Below the pieces are notes generated by a model that made no database searches, was not told where the DNA came from, and saw nothing but the letters and a program-made list of their open reading frames with translations. A stretch of DNA of 64,000 nt from Gordius albopunctatus (lineage: Eukaryota), in assembly GCA_964276515.1 (NCBI GenBank), contig OZ193909.1:20274001-20338000 (forward strand), in the 5' to 3' direction. A program made the translations under genes and the position numbers. Below, piece after piece: positions 40,001 to 50,965 of the stretch (position 1 is the first letter of the stretch; the number at the start of each line of letters is the position of its first letter).

Positions 40001-43000
40001 GGAAGAACGATATATTTGTGTATTATGCAATTTAGGGATTCACAGTACCTCGGATTAAAGTGTCCCGACATGCACCCAAAGGTGTTTGAAGAAACTCAAT
40101 CTTAGCCTGTCGATTCATGTCATAAGAACAAATATTATATACTCGAAGAAAAACTTTTTGAATTGCAATCTGTAAAAACCGAGATTTAAACATGTCAGGT
40201 GTATAAGGCATAACGGTCGAAACAGTGGTCTATTTTTTAAATTTTGACTAAGCTCAGAGGTCAACTAAACATAAACAGACCAAAGACAACACCCAGCCAG
40301 CCGCTTTCACAACACTACATGGTAGTACCTAAGGGATTACTAGATGCTTCGCGAAACGCTTGGTATAGTGGCAAGTGTAGGGCGTCGGCAAAAAATTCGA
40401 AAAATTCTTTTCGCATTCGGTAAAGATCGTAACATTCCGCCAAAGCGTTCGGCATTCCCACCATTAACATTGTCACTCGATACAGGAGGTCCAACCAATG
40501 GAAGCACATTACTTTAAGTTCCGCTCCGGGGCCGGGTCTGGTTTGAGGCACGGTAATGTCGCGAAGTATTTGCAGGCAATCCTACGAAAAACGGGATTAG
40601 TGTTGTAAAAACTGGTTTTTAACGAAAAGAAAGAAAAATGCCAAGTTTGACTAATATATAATTGTTGGCTTAAAAAAATTTAGACTCCATTTTAAGGATG
40701 TGTTATAATAATCATAGACTAATATCAGGAAAGACTTTAGCATTAAAAGTTTTTAAGTAACTTGCGTCGCTTGATCACCTTTTCCTTCAATAGGCGCTCT
40801 TTTCCAGTGCAAAAATAAGTGTTGTAGAAGTAAGAGTAATGAGAACATTAACGGGGCTCCATAGTTTTGTTACTATATATATGCCTAAAATTATCAGCTA
40901 TTGGCCAGTATATTGCTTTAGGACCGAATTTAGGTATAGTTGACATTAGTGTTGAAAAAAGGATCTGGCCTTTTAACTCAAAAAACGTAGTTCGCCATAA
41001 TTATTATTTTACCATATAACGAATTCAAGCTTCAAACTTGATAAGATATGATGTTTTAGAAATAGTTTAAACCCATTAAAAAGTATTTTTGTTTTATAAT
41101 TATTGATTTATGGGGTCTAATGGACCCCAATCCACACCACAAAAAACTTTAATTTACATACGGGCACGTAGACGACCATGGTACACAGAATAAATTCTAA
41201 ATCTTCGCAATGCATCTCTCGATCGGGGTGGGGCAAATCGGATATCACCATCACGAAGGTACGAAATAACTTGAGTACGGTCGCCACAAAATTTACAATT
41301 TTCACGTCGTGCGGTGGCGACTTGGTATCGTACAGACGTCGACTCATTCTCTCCGAAACTCTTGGTTGTCTCAGCTTATTGATGACCGATTTGAAGGAGG
41401 CCGCGGTGGGGCGAGTGGTAGCGAAACAATTCAATAAAGTAGTCATTTCATAAAACAGGGAATCGACATCATCACAATCATCAGGGCCTTGTCCCACACT
41501 GTCTAACTTCAAGGTGACATCACTCAGAGCTCGAACCACGTCTTCCATTTGGTCTGAATTTGACTGAAGCACTTTATTTAAAAAAAGTGACGACTAAATA
41601 ATATAAGGTGTAATCAAATGGTTTTTCATTTTTTACTACGACTTGCAAAATAATGTTAATTTACTGAGGAATAAAATGATTATTTAGGGGTAATATGAGC
41701 CGAAGTTTGGTAGTGAGCCTAGTTTTATATTGAAAAGAGTTGTATTCACCGAAAAATAAATTATTTTTATGAGGTTAATTTGTGAGAGCTTACTACTAAG
41801 ACCGACCCGAGATCCGATTTTAAAAACAATTACCCCGGCCGTGGACGTAGCCAGCGTTGGAATTAGAGGGAGGGGGGGGGCAATAATGATTCAGGGAGGG
41901 GCAAAATGATCTTTTTTTGAAATTTTAGTCATAGTTTTTGGATTTGAAGGGGGCAGCCGCCGCCCCCCCCCGGCTACGTCCATGACTCCCGCCCACCCCT
42001 AAGATTAAGGATTAAAAGGCATCTAGGTATTCCAAACGTTCAATATATATGCAATATATATGATCATTCATTAAGATGATGAAACGAACGAACTAAAAAT
42101 ATTTTATAATACGAACCCCATTGCTCGCTAAGATGGGCAAGGTAGTAGATCCAACACTCTTCGACCGTCATAATGTATTCGTTTAAATCCTTAAGGGGCT
42201 CCAAAAAACCGCAGAGCACGCGATCCGGGATAGAGTCAGAGTATTTAGGCGACCTGCTCTTTTCAAGATGGCCACCGTACCCATCTAAGAGGGTCAAAAT
42301 ATCAGCCATCTCCTTCGCTTCTCCTACCATCTCGAAAAATCCTCTAATCCGAATGACTTGCCCAGTTTGAAATGGCAAAAAGTCTTTATAACTAATATCA
42401 TCGGCACACCAATCGACCAAGTTGTAAGCGGATGTATTACCGTTAAGGGCTCGCAAAACGTTCCACTAGGAAAGTGTAAAAGATTCGGTAAAAAGGGTAC
42501 GAAAAACCTTTAAAATACCTTGCAAGTTCGAAGTAGATTATCTTTGTAGTTCTGGAGGAATTCACGATTCCTAGGCATAAGGGTGCCTGGCTCTAGCTCA
42601 AGATCTTTTAATTTTTCCATCGTAGCGTGTAGCAATTGAGTCATCAGGGGAATACTATATAGTAAAACGAAAAGGAAAAAATCTTCTAAATGATTGAATT
42701 AGGGGACTTTAAAACGGTGAATATATGATTTCTAAATCGATCTTTGCTGCGGAGAGCGGGAAAGTGGAAAAATACCTATATCTCAACAATTCCATTTTGG
42801 TCCTAGTAGTAATAACGAGCCTCGGTAACTTAGGTCCCGAGGTTAACAAATCCCTTAAACAAATATCAAAAATTATCACAGCAAACACACACGGCCCCAA
42901 AGTTCACCATTACCAAAAATTACTATGGAAATTGTAAAATCCGATTCCATTTTGATCCATAGTTCTATGCTCTTGGTGGCTGCTTAATTCAATATCTTAG

Positions 43001-46000
43001 CACATGGACGTAGGCAGCATTGGAATTTAGAGAGGGGCAAGCAAGGTGATCATTTTGTTTGCATTTTTAGTCATAATTTTAATAAAACAAGGTTTGGGAT
43101 TTAGAGGGGGGGGGGCAGCCGCCCGTCCCTGCTCCCCCCCCCCTGGCTACGCCCATGTCTTAGCATAGTATACTTATATAATGAATGATACAATTACAAA
43201 ATATACTTAATTTTTTTAAGATATAATTCTTTTTAGCATACTAGGCCATGGTTAGTGTATCGAAATTGAAAAGGAGCTCGATTACGAAGGGGCCCATGGT
43301 TCGGATATGGTAAAATTGCAACAGGGTCGTGGAATTTTGGTCGGCGGCGAAGGAAGAGCTTAGATGGATGGTTCGAGCCCAGTCCTGGATAAAATCTTCT
43401 CGAAATTTTTTAATACCATAATCAGGGTTTTCAACGCTCTCGTGTGCTAAGGCATGATACTTCGGACTAAATTCCGTGGCTTTTAGGATATTCAACATAT
43501 CTAAAAATTCCGGTTTTAAAATTTCTGCTTCTTGCAAGATTCCATCATTGAGCAAGCGACAAGATTGTGCGCATAAATTCATGACTGATCGTCGGACTTC
43601 GGTTAGGAATTTCAATGAATGAACCGGCGTCAGCAGCTGATTTGGGTAGAAGGCGACGAAACATTTGGGAACGTCGACGAAAAAGGTCACGATTCCGCCT
43701 CGGCTATAAAGGCTATTTGTGGACACACATACCTCGAGGAGTTTGAAGGCGAAGTAGGTATCGTTAGTGACTTCTGGTGTGGCGAGTAATTTACTAACCT
43801 CTTCGAGAACCAGTTTCAATAAATCTCTACTTTGTTGGGTAGAGAGCTGAGCCCCTGGATCAGCCAATTCAAGCTTCAGGAACTCGAGGTATAGCCCGGA
43901 ATCCTATAAAATTTGTAAATAGGTACTGTTTTACTTTGGTCGAAACCCAGTCGTTTTACAACACCTAAAAAGGTATTAACTTTTTAAGCTCTCCCAATGT
44001 CCTAACCGCTAAATATAATCTCAAATCTCTGGCCTTGCAATGCTTACGAGCGAGCTAAGAATATTTTGCTATGCAACTTATGGGCTCACTTTCAGTTGTC
44101 CGTCCGTCCGTCATGTCGTGTCCATCTCGTAATTTTTAAATAAGTGCCGTGAACACTTATACGGGGGTCCTTATTTATGCTTGTGTAAGAGACTTTTATC
44201 ACGCTTTACCAAACAGACTAACTAATGACCCGCTAATTGGCTTTAATTTTTTCGACCTCGCCGGAACCAAAAGATCCATTCTTTTTTTGATATTCGTTTT
44301 CAAAATGTTTATAACTTTAAATAGGATTATACTCGGTCTCATTTTTTTTGGATATTAATGCAGTATAGATGTTCAAAGGATGGGGGTAAGAAGTAGTCTT
44401 GGCGAAAGACCTGGGCTTCGTTTGGTCGACATTTGACTTAACAGGAATAAGGGTGGACTCTCGCCTGCTTTTTAAATTTCTACTAAGCCTACAGGTCTCG
44501 ACTAAGAAAAGCCGACGTCAAATATCCTACGATCTCTTTATGTTTAGTGGAACAAAGGTAACGAGGCCCCACAGATTATCGCACCGTTCGTAAGATGGTT
44601 GGCAGAGGGTCGAAGGGGGCAGGAGAGTACCGTAAGGCCGAGAGTATTTTACAAACGGGCCCATAAGCCAAATGAGTTTCCTGGCTGTGGTCGTCGGTCT
44701 CAATTTTCGATCCCGAGTCTAATACGAGCCTATCCGAACCCCGATTAAGTAATTTAGAGATTAACCGCGCCAAGCTTGCATCGTCGAACTCTCGCCCAGC
44801 TGTGAAATGGGAGATGTGCAATTCGAGGCGATACGATTTGACCGCGAATTCGCATAAACGGGAAAGGGTGGACAACTTTCCAACCTCCCATTGCTCGCAC
44901 AATGCCGCGTAAATGTGGGAGATTAGGGCGAGGAGGAAAGCTTCCATTCGTTGGGCGTAGGGGTCGTTCACATCCAGGTGTTCGGTCCCGTTGATCAGCT
45001 GATTTTGGTCCAACCAGCGATCGACCAAATGGTGGCGGTAACGAACTTTATCACCTCCACCTACACCTATCTCCTGACCGAACATCAAAGAGTGCAGGCG
45101 TCGGAAAGTGTCGTCGAAGAGAGAAAGGTAAAAGCTAGCCTCCATGGAGCCTGAATGTTTTTTCTTACAAACTCTGGCGGCGAAATGTGTTAGCCCGGTT
45201 AGCATAATTTCGAAAATGTTTTCTCTCGCAGTTTCCTCGTAATGACTTATTTCGCACCCCAAAAACTTGTGGTACTTAAGGTTAATAAAAAGAAACAAAA
45301 TTAGCGAAATTTCATTTTAAGAGTACACCATTATGTTGTTCAATGATTGTGAAATAATTACCCATTCGTCTCTAATACGCTCGGGAATCATTAAAGTTTG
45401 TTCTGAATTATTTTCAGCTTTTGAGTGAGATGATTTGAGGAAATATTCGAGGGAGTAAAGTAGGCATTCCAAGTGAGTTGTAAATAAGGTATTGTAACAC
45501 TTGTCTTTTACCAGGTTAGGTAGCTTTTTGATAACTTTGAAACTGAAGATAAAATTAAATTGCAATAATCTACATTTGAATGATGTTAAATTTACCAAAA
45601 AAGTTATAATTTAACACAATGTTCAAATGAATAATTAAATAGCATGTATTTTAAATTATTTTTATTTGAAAATATAATATTTTGACAAGTGCAGTATGTT
45701 ACAAAAGCAGAAGATAAAATTTATTCAATTACAAAAAATTAGAAGGAAGGAGATTTTTTATTATTGTGAAAAAGATTGTTTTGTAAGAATTAATATTTTA
45801 ATTTATGGCTTGGTTACCTAAAAAAATCTCCTAAAAATTCATGAAGGTTACATATTAATCCAATCCAAAGTAACTTATCGTAGTTTTTCTTTTAACCACA
45901 ATTATAAATCATGTAAAATTGTTAGCCTGTATGCTATAGTTACCATTTAAGTAAATTTCTTCAAAAAATTCAATATAACTAAAAGTAAAAAGACCACATA

Positions 46001-48368
46001 CAAGGTCTTAAAATTTCAATAATCATGTTTGAAACTAGAAAAAATTGTTGAGAATTAAATTAAATACAATAAATTATATATTATAATTGAGCAACAAGCT
46101 CATGTTCCTATAAAGGAGTTGCTTCCCCAATTCAAAATATTATATATAATAAACATGCATGATGCAGATTTTAAATAAGACATTCATACTACCCAACCTT
46201 ATTATACCTAAACTTTAAAAATAACTAAGAGTTGTTTCTGGTTTTATAGTCTTTAATTATTATTTTAGCAAATTAGATAGGTATCATCACATTTTAATAA
46301 AAGTTAATTGTATTCACGAGATTAATAATAAAATTAACGGGCAAACATTAAAAATTATATTAAACAAATCAAATTAGTATAAAATCAAAAAAAAATTATT
46401 AAGCTTTTGTTTAAGATTCAAAATCACCACATACCTGCCATTATAAAAATGGAGGAAAAAGTCACAAACAAATTTTTCAACGGTCAAATTTACATCAACA
46501 TCACCACCTAGATTATTTTGACTCATTTGATTGACAATTAGATGAAGTAAAGGAAATAGGGTAGGATACATGTGAACAACATATGATTCCAGGCGTGTTT
46601 TCCTGGCCAATTTGATATCTTTAGCCACTTCCTCATTTGAATCATTGAATGGATTTTGGGAGTCTGGTCCCAAAAAAGTTAATATAGCTGGTATCACAAC
46701 ATCATCAAGTGGAATATATTTTCCATAATCCTAAAAGTTATTGTGCAAAATTAGGTTTTGTTTCTATTCATCTAAAGCTACCGTTTAATCCATTACGACA
46801 ATGGTGTACACTAATGTTTTAAACATTACTGGGTTTTGTTTGGTCAACCTTTGGTTCAAGACTAATGGTCAACTCTGGTCTATTTTTCAAATATTGACCA
46901 AGCCTAGAGGATGACTTAGAAAAAGAGATTGTTTAGTTGACTAAAACCAAAGGAGGTCTACCAAACAAAACCCAGTCATTTTTACAACACTAGTATACGC
47001 GCTGAGAAGAGGTTACAAAAATTTTAGTGAAAAGTAGCAAAATTTATAGCTTATTGTTAGCTAAGAAAATAGGCACAAAATGTTTATGTAACTAAGAAAG
47101 TAGAGTAAAACATGTACTTTATATTTCATCAAGAAAGTTGTAACCGATTCCCACACATTTTTTATCAGATTTTCTGAAAAATTTATAGTGTTAATGGACA
47201 TCTGAGGTAGTGTTTGGAAAAGTTTATTGAGTATGTAAAAGTTCCAATTATCTTTTAATTTTGGGTCATTGCAAGAATTGAATAGGGTTTCAGCATTTAG
47301 ATGCATCAATGATGTTTGTATTAATGCAAAATAAGCAACAGATACAATCTATAAAATAATATTACAAAGTATTATTGCATTGAAAAAATATATTAAAAAT
47401 TTAAATTACATACATCATTGTTTGGTGGATTGATCATAATTTGGTTTTCTTGTTCTATAATAGTTGTAAGAATCAATTCATAATTGGTATGGTTGAAAAC
47501 AAGATTTTCCTCTTCCAATTGTTTTGAACTTTCAAATAACAAAATAATATCTCTAATTGCTAAAATATTGGTGGATATGAAAACGTTTTTATCAATATCC
47601 TCCCTAGAAGTTGTTAATACAAAATATACAGCTAAAAAGTTACTTTTTTAATTGTTTAATACCCTTAAAATTCTTGATAAATACACTAGTAAGGAAATTT
47701 TGTATATTAGACAAAATCTTAGTTTTTTCGAAGCAAGATGGAAAGAGTGTATGAAAGTATTTTGCTTTGGGTAGATTGGAATCAAATGAGCCTATGAATA
47801 AATAGCTTATAATTGTGCCAATGTCTTCATTAACTGTTTGATCCATACATTTTGTCAAAAACTCTACAGTAATTTTTGAAGCTATCTCTTTGATTGATAT
47901 ATTTTCATTCTAAATCATAAATTAATTTTATAAGAAAATAACTTACAAAAATTAATAGGGGAAAGAATTGTGCCCATAAATGTAGAACAGGATCTTGTTT
48001 ATCATATGTAAGATTTTTAATTTCTTGCAAAACATCACTGAGGGCCTATAAAATAGGTTATTAATATTTATCTATAATCTACTTTAATTCTGGTTGTGAT
48101 ATCTTTTTTTGCAATACGTTTAAAAGCAATTTCAAAGTTTGAATCAATGTTAGTGTTCACATTTATCGAAGTCAATTTTTGAAAAGGATCTGTTTGATTT
48201 GTGTTTTGAAATCCAATAAATGTAGGTTTGGTGTAACCTGCCGCAGACAAAATTTCGGCAGCCCTCTGACTGTTGGCTGGCTATATAAATATCAATTTGT
48301 TTAAAATATAATACAACAATTCAAACTTTTAAATTTCCTTTAATTCTTTGTCCACTATTTTTAACCAT
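34089..48368 (-). CDS. LTN1: E3 ubiquitin ligase Listerin (ribosome quality control), about 20 exons
   Basis: N-terminus MVKNSGQRIKGNLK|PANSQRAAEIL...FIGF...KRIAKKDITTRIK. Then LRECPTKARRLW, an RWD domain (EITARY...IKLPSDYP...QWRTWLLQL) and a C-terminal RING (LWKRNVDRYLDGAASCMICFSII...CSQCKNKYHSTCL|YKWFSTSHNTTCPLCRNRF*). Internal exon boundaries are approximate. Confidence 0.95.
35525..35660 (+). mobile_element. CRE family-1 3'-terminal fragment (intronic)
   Basis: Similar to 11905-12015 (ACCTCCATTACACA...AGGCAAA...GGAAATTGTAAAATCCAA). Confidence 0.65.
38720..39709. mobile_element. G-rich hAT MITE split by a Helitron insertion
   Basis: Left end CACGGGCGTA and right end TACGCCCATG, same family as 41840 and 43003. 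Imperfect TSD GACAATAC/CTCAATAC. Confidence 0.7.
38825..39650 (-). mobile_element. Non-autonomous Helitron copy with about 0.5 kb extra internal sequence
   Basis: Both ends are the reverse complement of 10517-10850 (5' TCTTATATATAAA, 3' GGCAAAACAACGTTTGCCGGGTTCATCTA). Confidence 0.8.
41840..41984. mobile_element. G-rich hAT MITE
   Basis: TIR CGTGGACGTAGCC...GGCTACGTCCATG with an imperfect 8-bp TSD ACCCCGGC/ACTCCCGC. Confidence 0.8.
42735..42990 (+). mobile_element. CRE family-1 3'-terminal fragment (intronic)
   Basis: KYLYLNNSILVLVVITSLGNLGPE, similar to 11780-12010. Confidence 0.8.
43003..43157. mobile_element. G-rich hAT MITE
   Basis: TIR CATGGACGTAGGCAG...CTGGCTACGCCCATG with a perfect 8-bp TSD TCTTAGCA. 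Confidence 0.92.
43980..44400 (+). mobile_element. Possible Helentron/DINE-1-like element (related copy at 54425-54722)
   Basis: Contains a (GTCC)n microsatellite and shares TGCTATGCAA.TTATGGGC with 54512 and 54695. The related copy has a GGGCCTTCGGCCC hairpin near 54435. Confidence 0.35.
46812..46992. mobile_element. Palindromic hAT-type MITE (TAGTGTTGTAAAA family), best-preserved copy
   Basis: Long inverted arms ACTGGGTTTTGTTTGGTC.../...GGTCTACCAAACAAAACCCAGT, ending TTTTACAACACTA. Imperfect 8-bp TSD GTGTACAC/GTATACGC. Confidence 0.75.
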
Positions 48369-48449
48369 TTTTAAATAATATCGCAGAGATTAACAGCCGT
48401 CTTTACGTTTACAATTGTTTGGGTACATGTAATACGAAAAATCGTCCAT

Positions 48450-49438
48450 CTATATATTCTGGAGTTAGGCAGGGGTGCCCACTCTTACCTCTCATATTCA
48501 TCACTGCCATGGACCTCATAATAAAGAGATCGACACTTCCATTTCGGGTATCATCTTGGGCGAAGAAAAAATATCTTCCCTCTTATTCGCAGACGATCTA
48601 TGCATAGTCTCCGACTCGATCTCCAGAACTCAGAACTTTATTGACAGATTCACCATGGAGACCCAGAAAGCGGGTCTAGTGATAAATCCCAACAAATCCA
48701 ATATCCTATTAATCAATTTACCATTGCAATCAAAACCAGTTCTCACTGATAATACTCTAGTCCCCATCTCAGATTCAGTTAATTATCTTGGAGTCAGTCT
48801 CTCCCACGACACATACTCCCTTTTAGACATCACGAATAAAATAGGAAAAGCCCTGAAAAAATTCTACTCGTGCTACTCTATATGGAAGTCGCATGAACTG
48901 CCCCTACCAACCCCCCTCCGCATGTTCAAAACCACTATCTTACCCATTTTACTCTACGGTTGTGAAACATGGTCCCTCAAAGGCCTGACTCTTAGAACGG
49001 CCCAAACAAAACTCAACAAAATGCTAAAGATAGTATGTTATATTTTCTTCCCGGAAGTAATCAGCAACGTCAACCTCTGGACCCTTTGTAAAATCCCTCC
49101 CATTAAAAACCTAATAATTTCTCGGAAATGGAACTTCCTGGCACATCAGTCTAGACGCAGTGGTATTAACATATGTCTAAGTTCTATTTTTTGGAGACCC
49201 CCGCAATTACGAACCCTCAAATGCAGAGGAAGCTGGATTTATAAAACCTTTCAGCAACTCAGGTCCCTCAACCACAATTGGAATTCACTCCTCCCTATAA
49301 TGCAGGACAGGGCGGAGTGGAAAACCTTCTCTTCCTCCCACTTTCCCAAGTCGTACCCTCCCGTAACGAGATAAATACTAATTTCTGTCCTGCCTAGCAC
49401 CAGATCCCGATCACTCTGTCAAGAGAATATCGTATTCA

Positions 49439-49475
<37 letters not shown>

Positions 49476-49660
49476 ACTACTAACATGCTATTCCATTTAT
49501 ATACACATACACTAACCACTAACCTACTAACAATTGAACACGTAACCTTTGGTTATCGTGGCCCGAGATGCACCGCATAGGTGTCAGATGGGACTCAATC
49601 TTAGCTTGCCGATTTAGCTCTTGAATGTCATCTTGGCAAATACATACATACATATATATA
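48450..49660 (+). mobile_element. 5'-truncated RTE-like LINE, same family as 29925-33048
   Basis: GVRQGCPLLPLIF, SSLLFADDLC, ILLYGCETWSLK, RKWNFLAHQ and HNWNSLLPIMQDR, with a (TACA)n tail near 49640. Confidence 0.9.
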
Positions 49661-49689
49661 AAAATGTAACTAGGTTTTTTTATGTCCTC

Positions 49690-50215
49690 TAGTAACTCAT
49701 AAAGTTCTCTGCCTAGTGCCACTAAATTTGGTCAGATTATTGCCTTAGCATTCTAGAAGCCTTTTCTGCCTCCAATTTCCCTTCAAAATATCCCCTCCCA
49801 ATCGCCTCAACTTCGAGCTGTCTCTGAAGCCTACAACATCCAAAATAAATAATCAGATCTATCCCTGAGACAGAGGGCGACCCATAAACTAGCTAACCAC
49901 GGATAGATACTTTCTTTCCACACAATCTAACCATGAACCCGAATCTGACGCACAAACTAGCAAGCAATGGAAAGCCTGCAAGTCCTCTTGCCAAAATAAG
50001 GAATGGTGGTATCTTATATTTATATGCTTATTTTATTATACGTGTACTATTAGCTTCCACGGTCTTCCGGCTACTAAAAATACTGATCTTCGCTTTAACA
50101 TACTAACACACTAACCTACTAACAACTGAACACGTAACCTCTGATTAGCGTGGCCCGAGACGCACCTATGGTGTCAGATGGGACTCAATCTTAGCTTGCC
50201 GATTTAGCATCATCA
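49690..50215 (+). mobile_element. Second truncated LINE 3' end carrying the same 3' UTR module
   Basis: 50101-50208 closely duplicates 49509-49620. Confidence 0.65.
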
Positions 50216-50965
50216 CCACACATTTTATAATCAATCACATTCATTCGCATTCCATAACTATACACATTAAGCAAGTTTTTACATTCGCAATCTCACATGT
50301 TATACGCTCTTAATTCATTCACATAATTCAATCTAAAACATTTAAATAAACAAAATCTTCAACAAGGATAATATATATTTTTTTTAAAAACGTTAGTATA
50401 TATATATATATATATCATCAAAAGGTACAAAGTATCTTTCTCCTATAGCCTAAATTCAGGGTAAATATCATAAATGTTTTTTACATTTAATATGCTACCA
50501 ATTTATGTATTGGTATAAAAATATACTCTCTATACCCTAATTTTACACATTCTTTCCTTGAAATTTAATATTATAAACAAACTAAGGGTTCAAATAATGG
50601 CAAATGTATAGGAAATAATTTATAAAATAGAAATTTAAGATTGCATCGGGGAAGAAAATTTTAGCCTTCATCTTACTTGATATTGAACAACCTTTTTAAA
50701 GACTTAAATTCTTATTTTATATTATTAGAAGTAAATGCACGAAGATTCCCTCTTGATGACATATTTCAAATTTAAAGCTTATAAAAATCATGATGCCTTA
50801 GTTAACAACTTTCATTAAAACAGATAGAAAATTTTGGGTATATTGTTTTACTATGGGGAGGCCTGGCGAGAGTTATAAGCAGAAATAGTTTTCGGCCCGG
50901 TGCCAAGTAAGGTAAGCAACGCATCAAGTTGAGTCGGCCAAAGTGAAAACATTTTTGGGCGAGGG

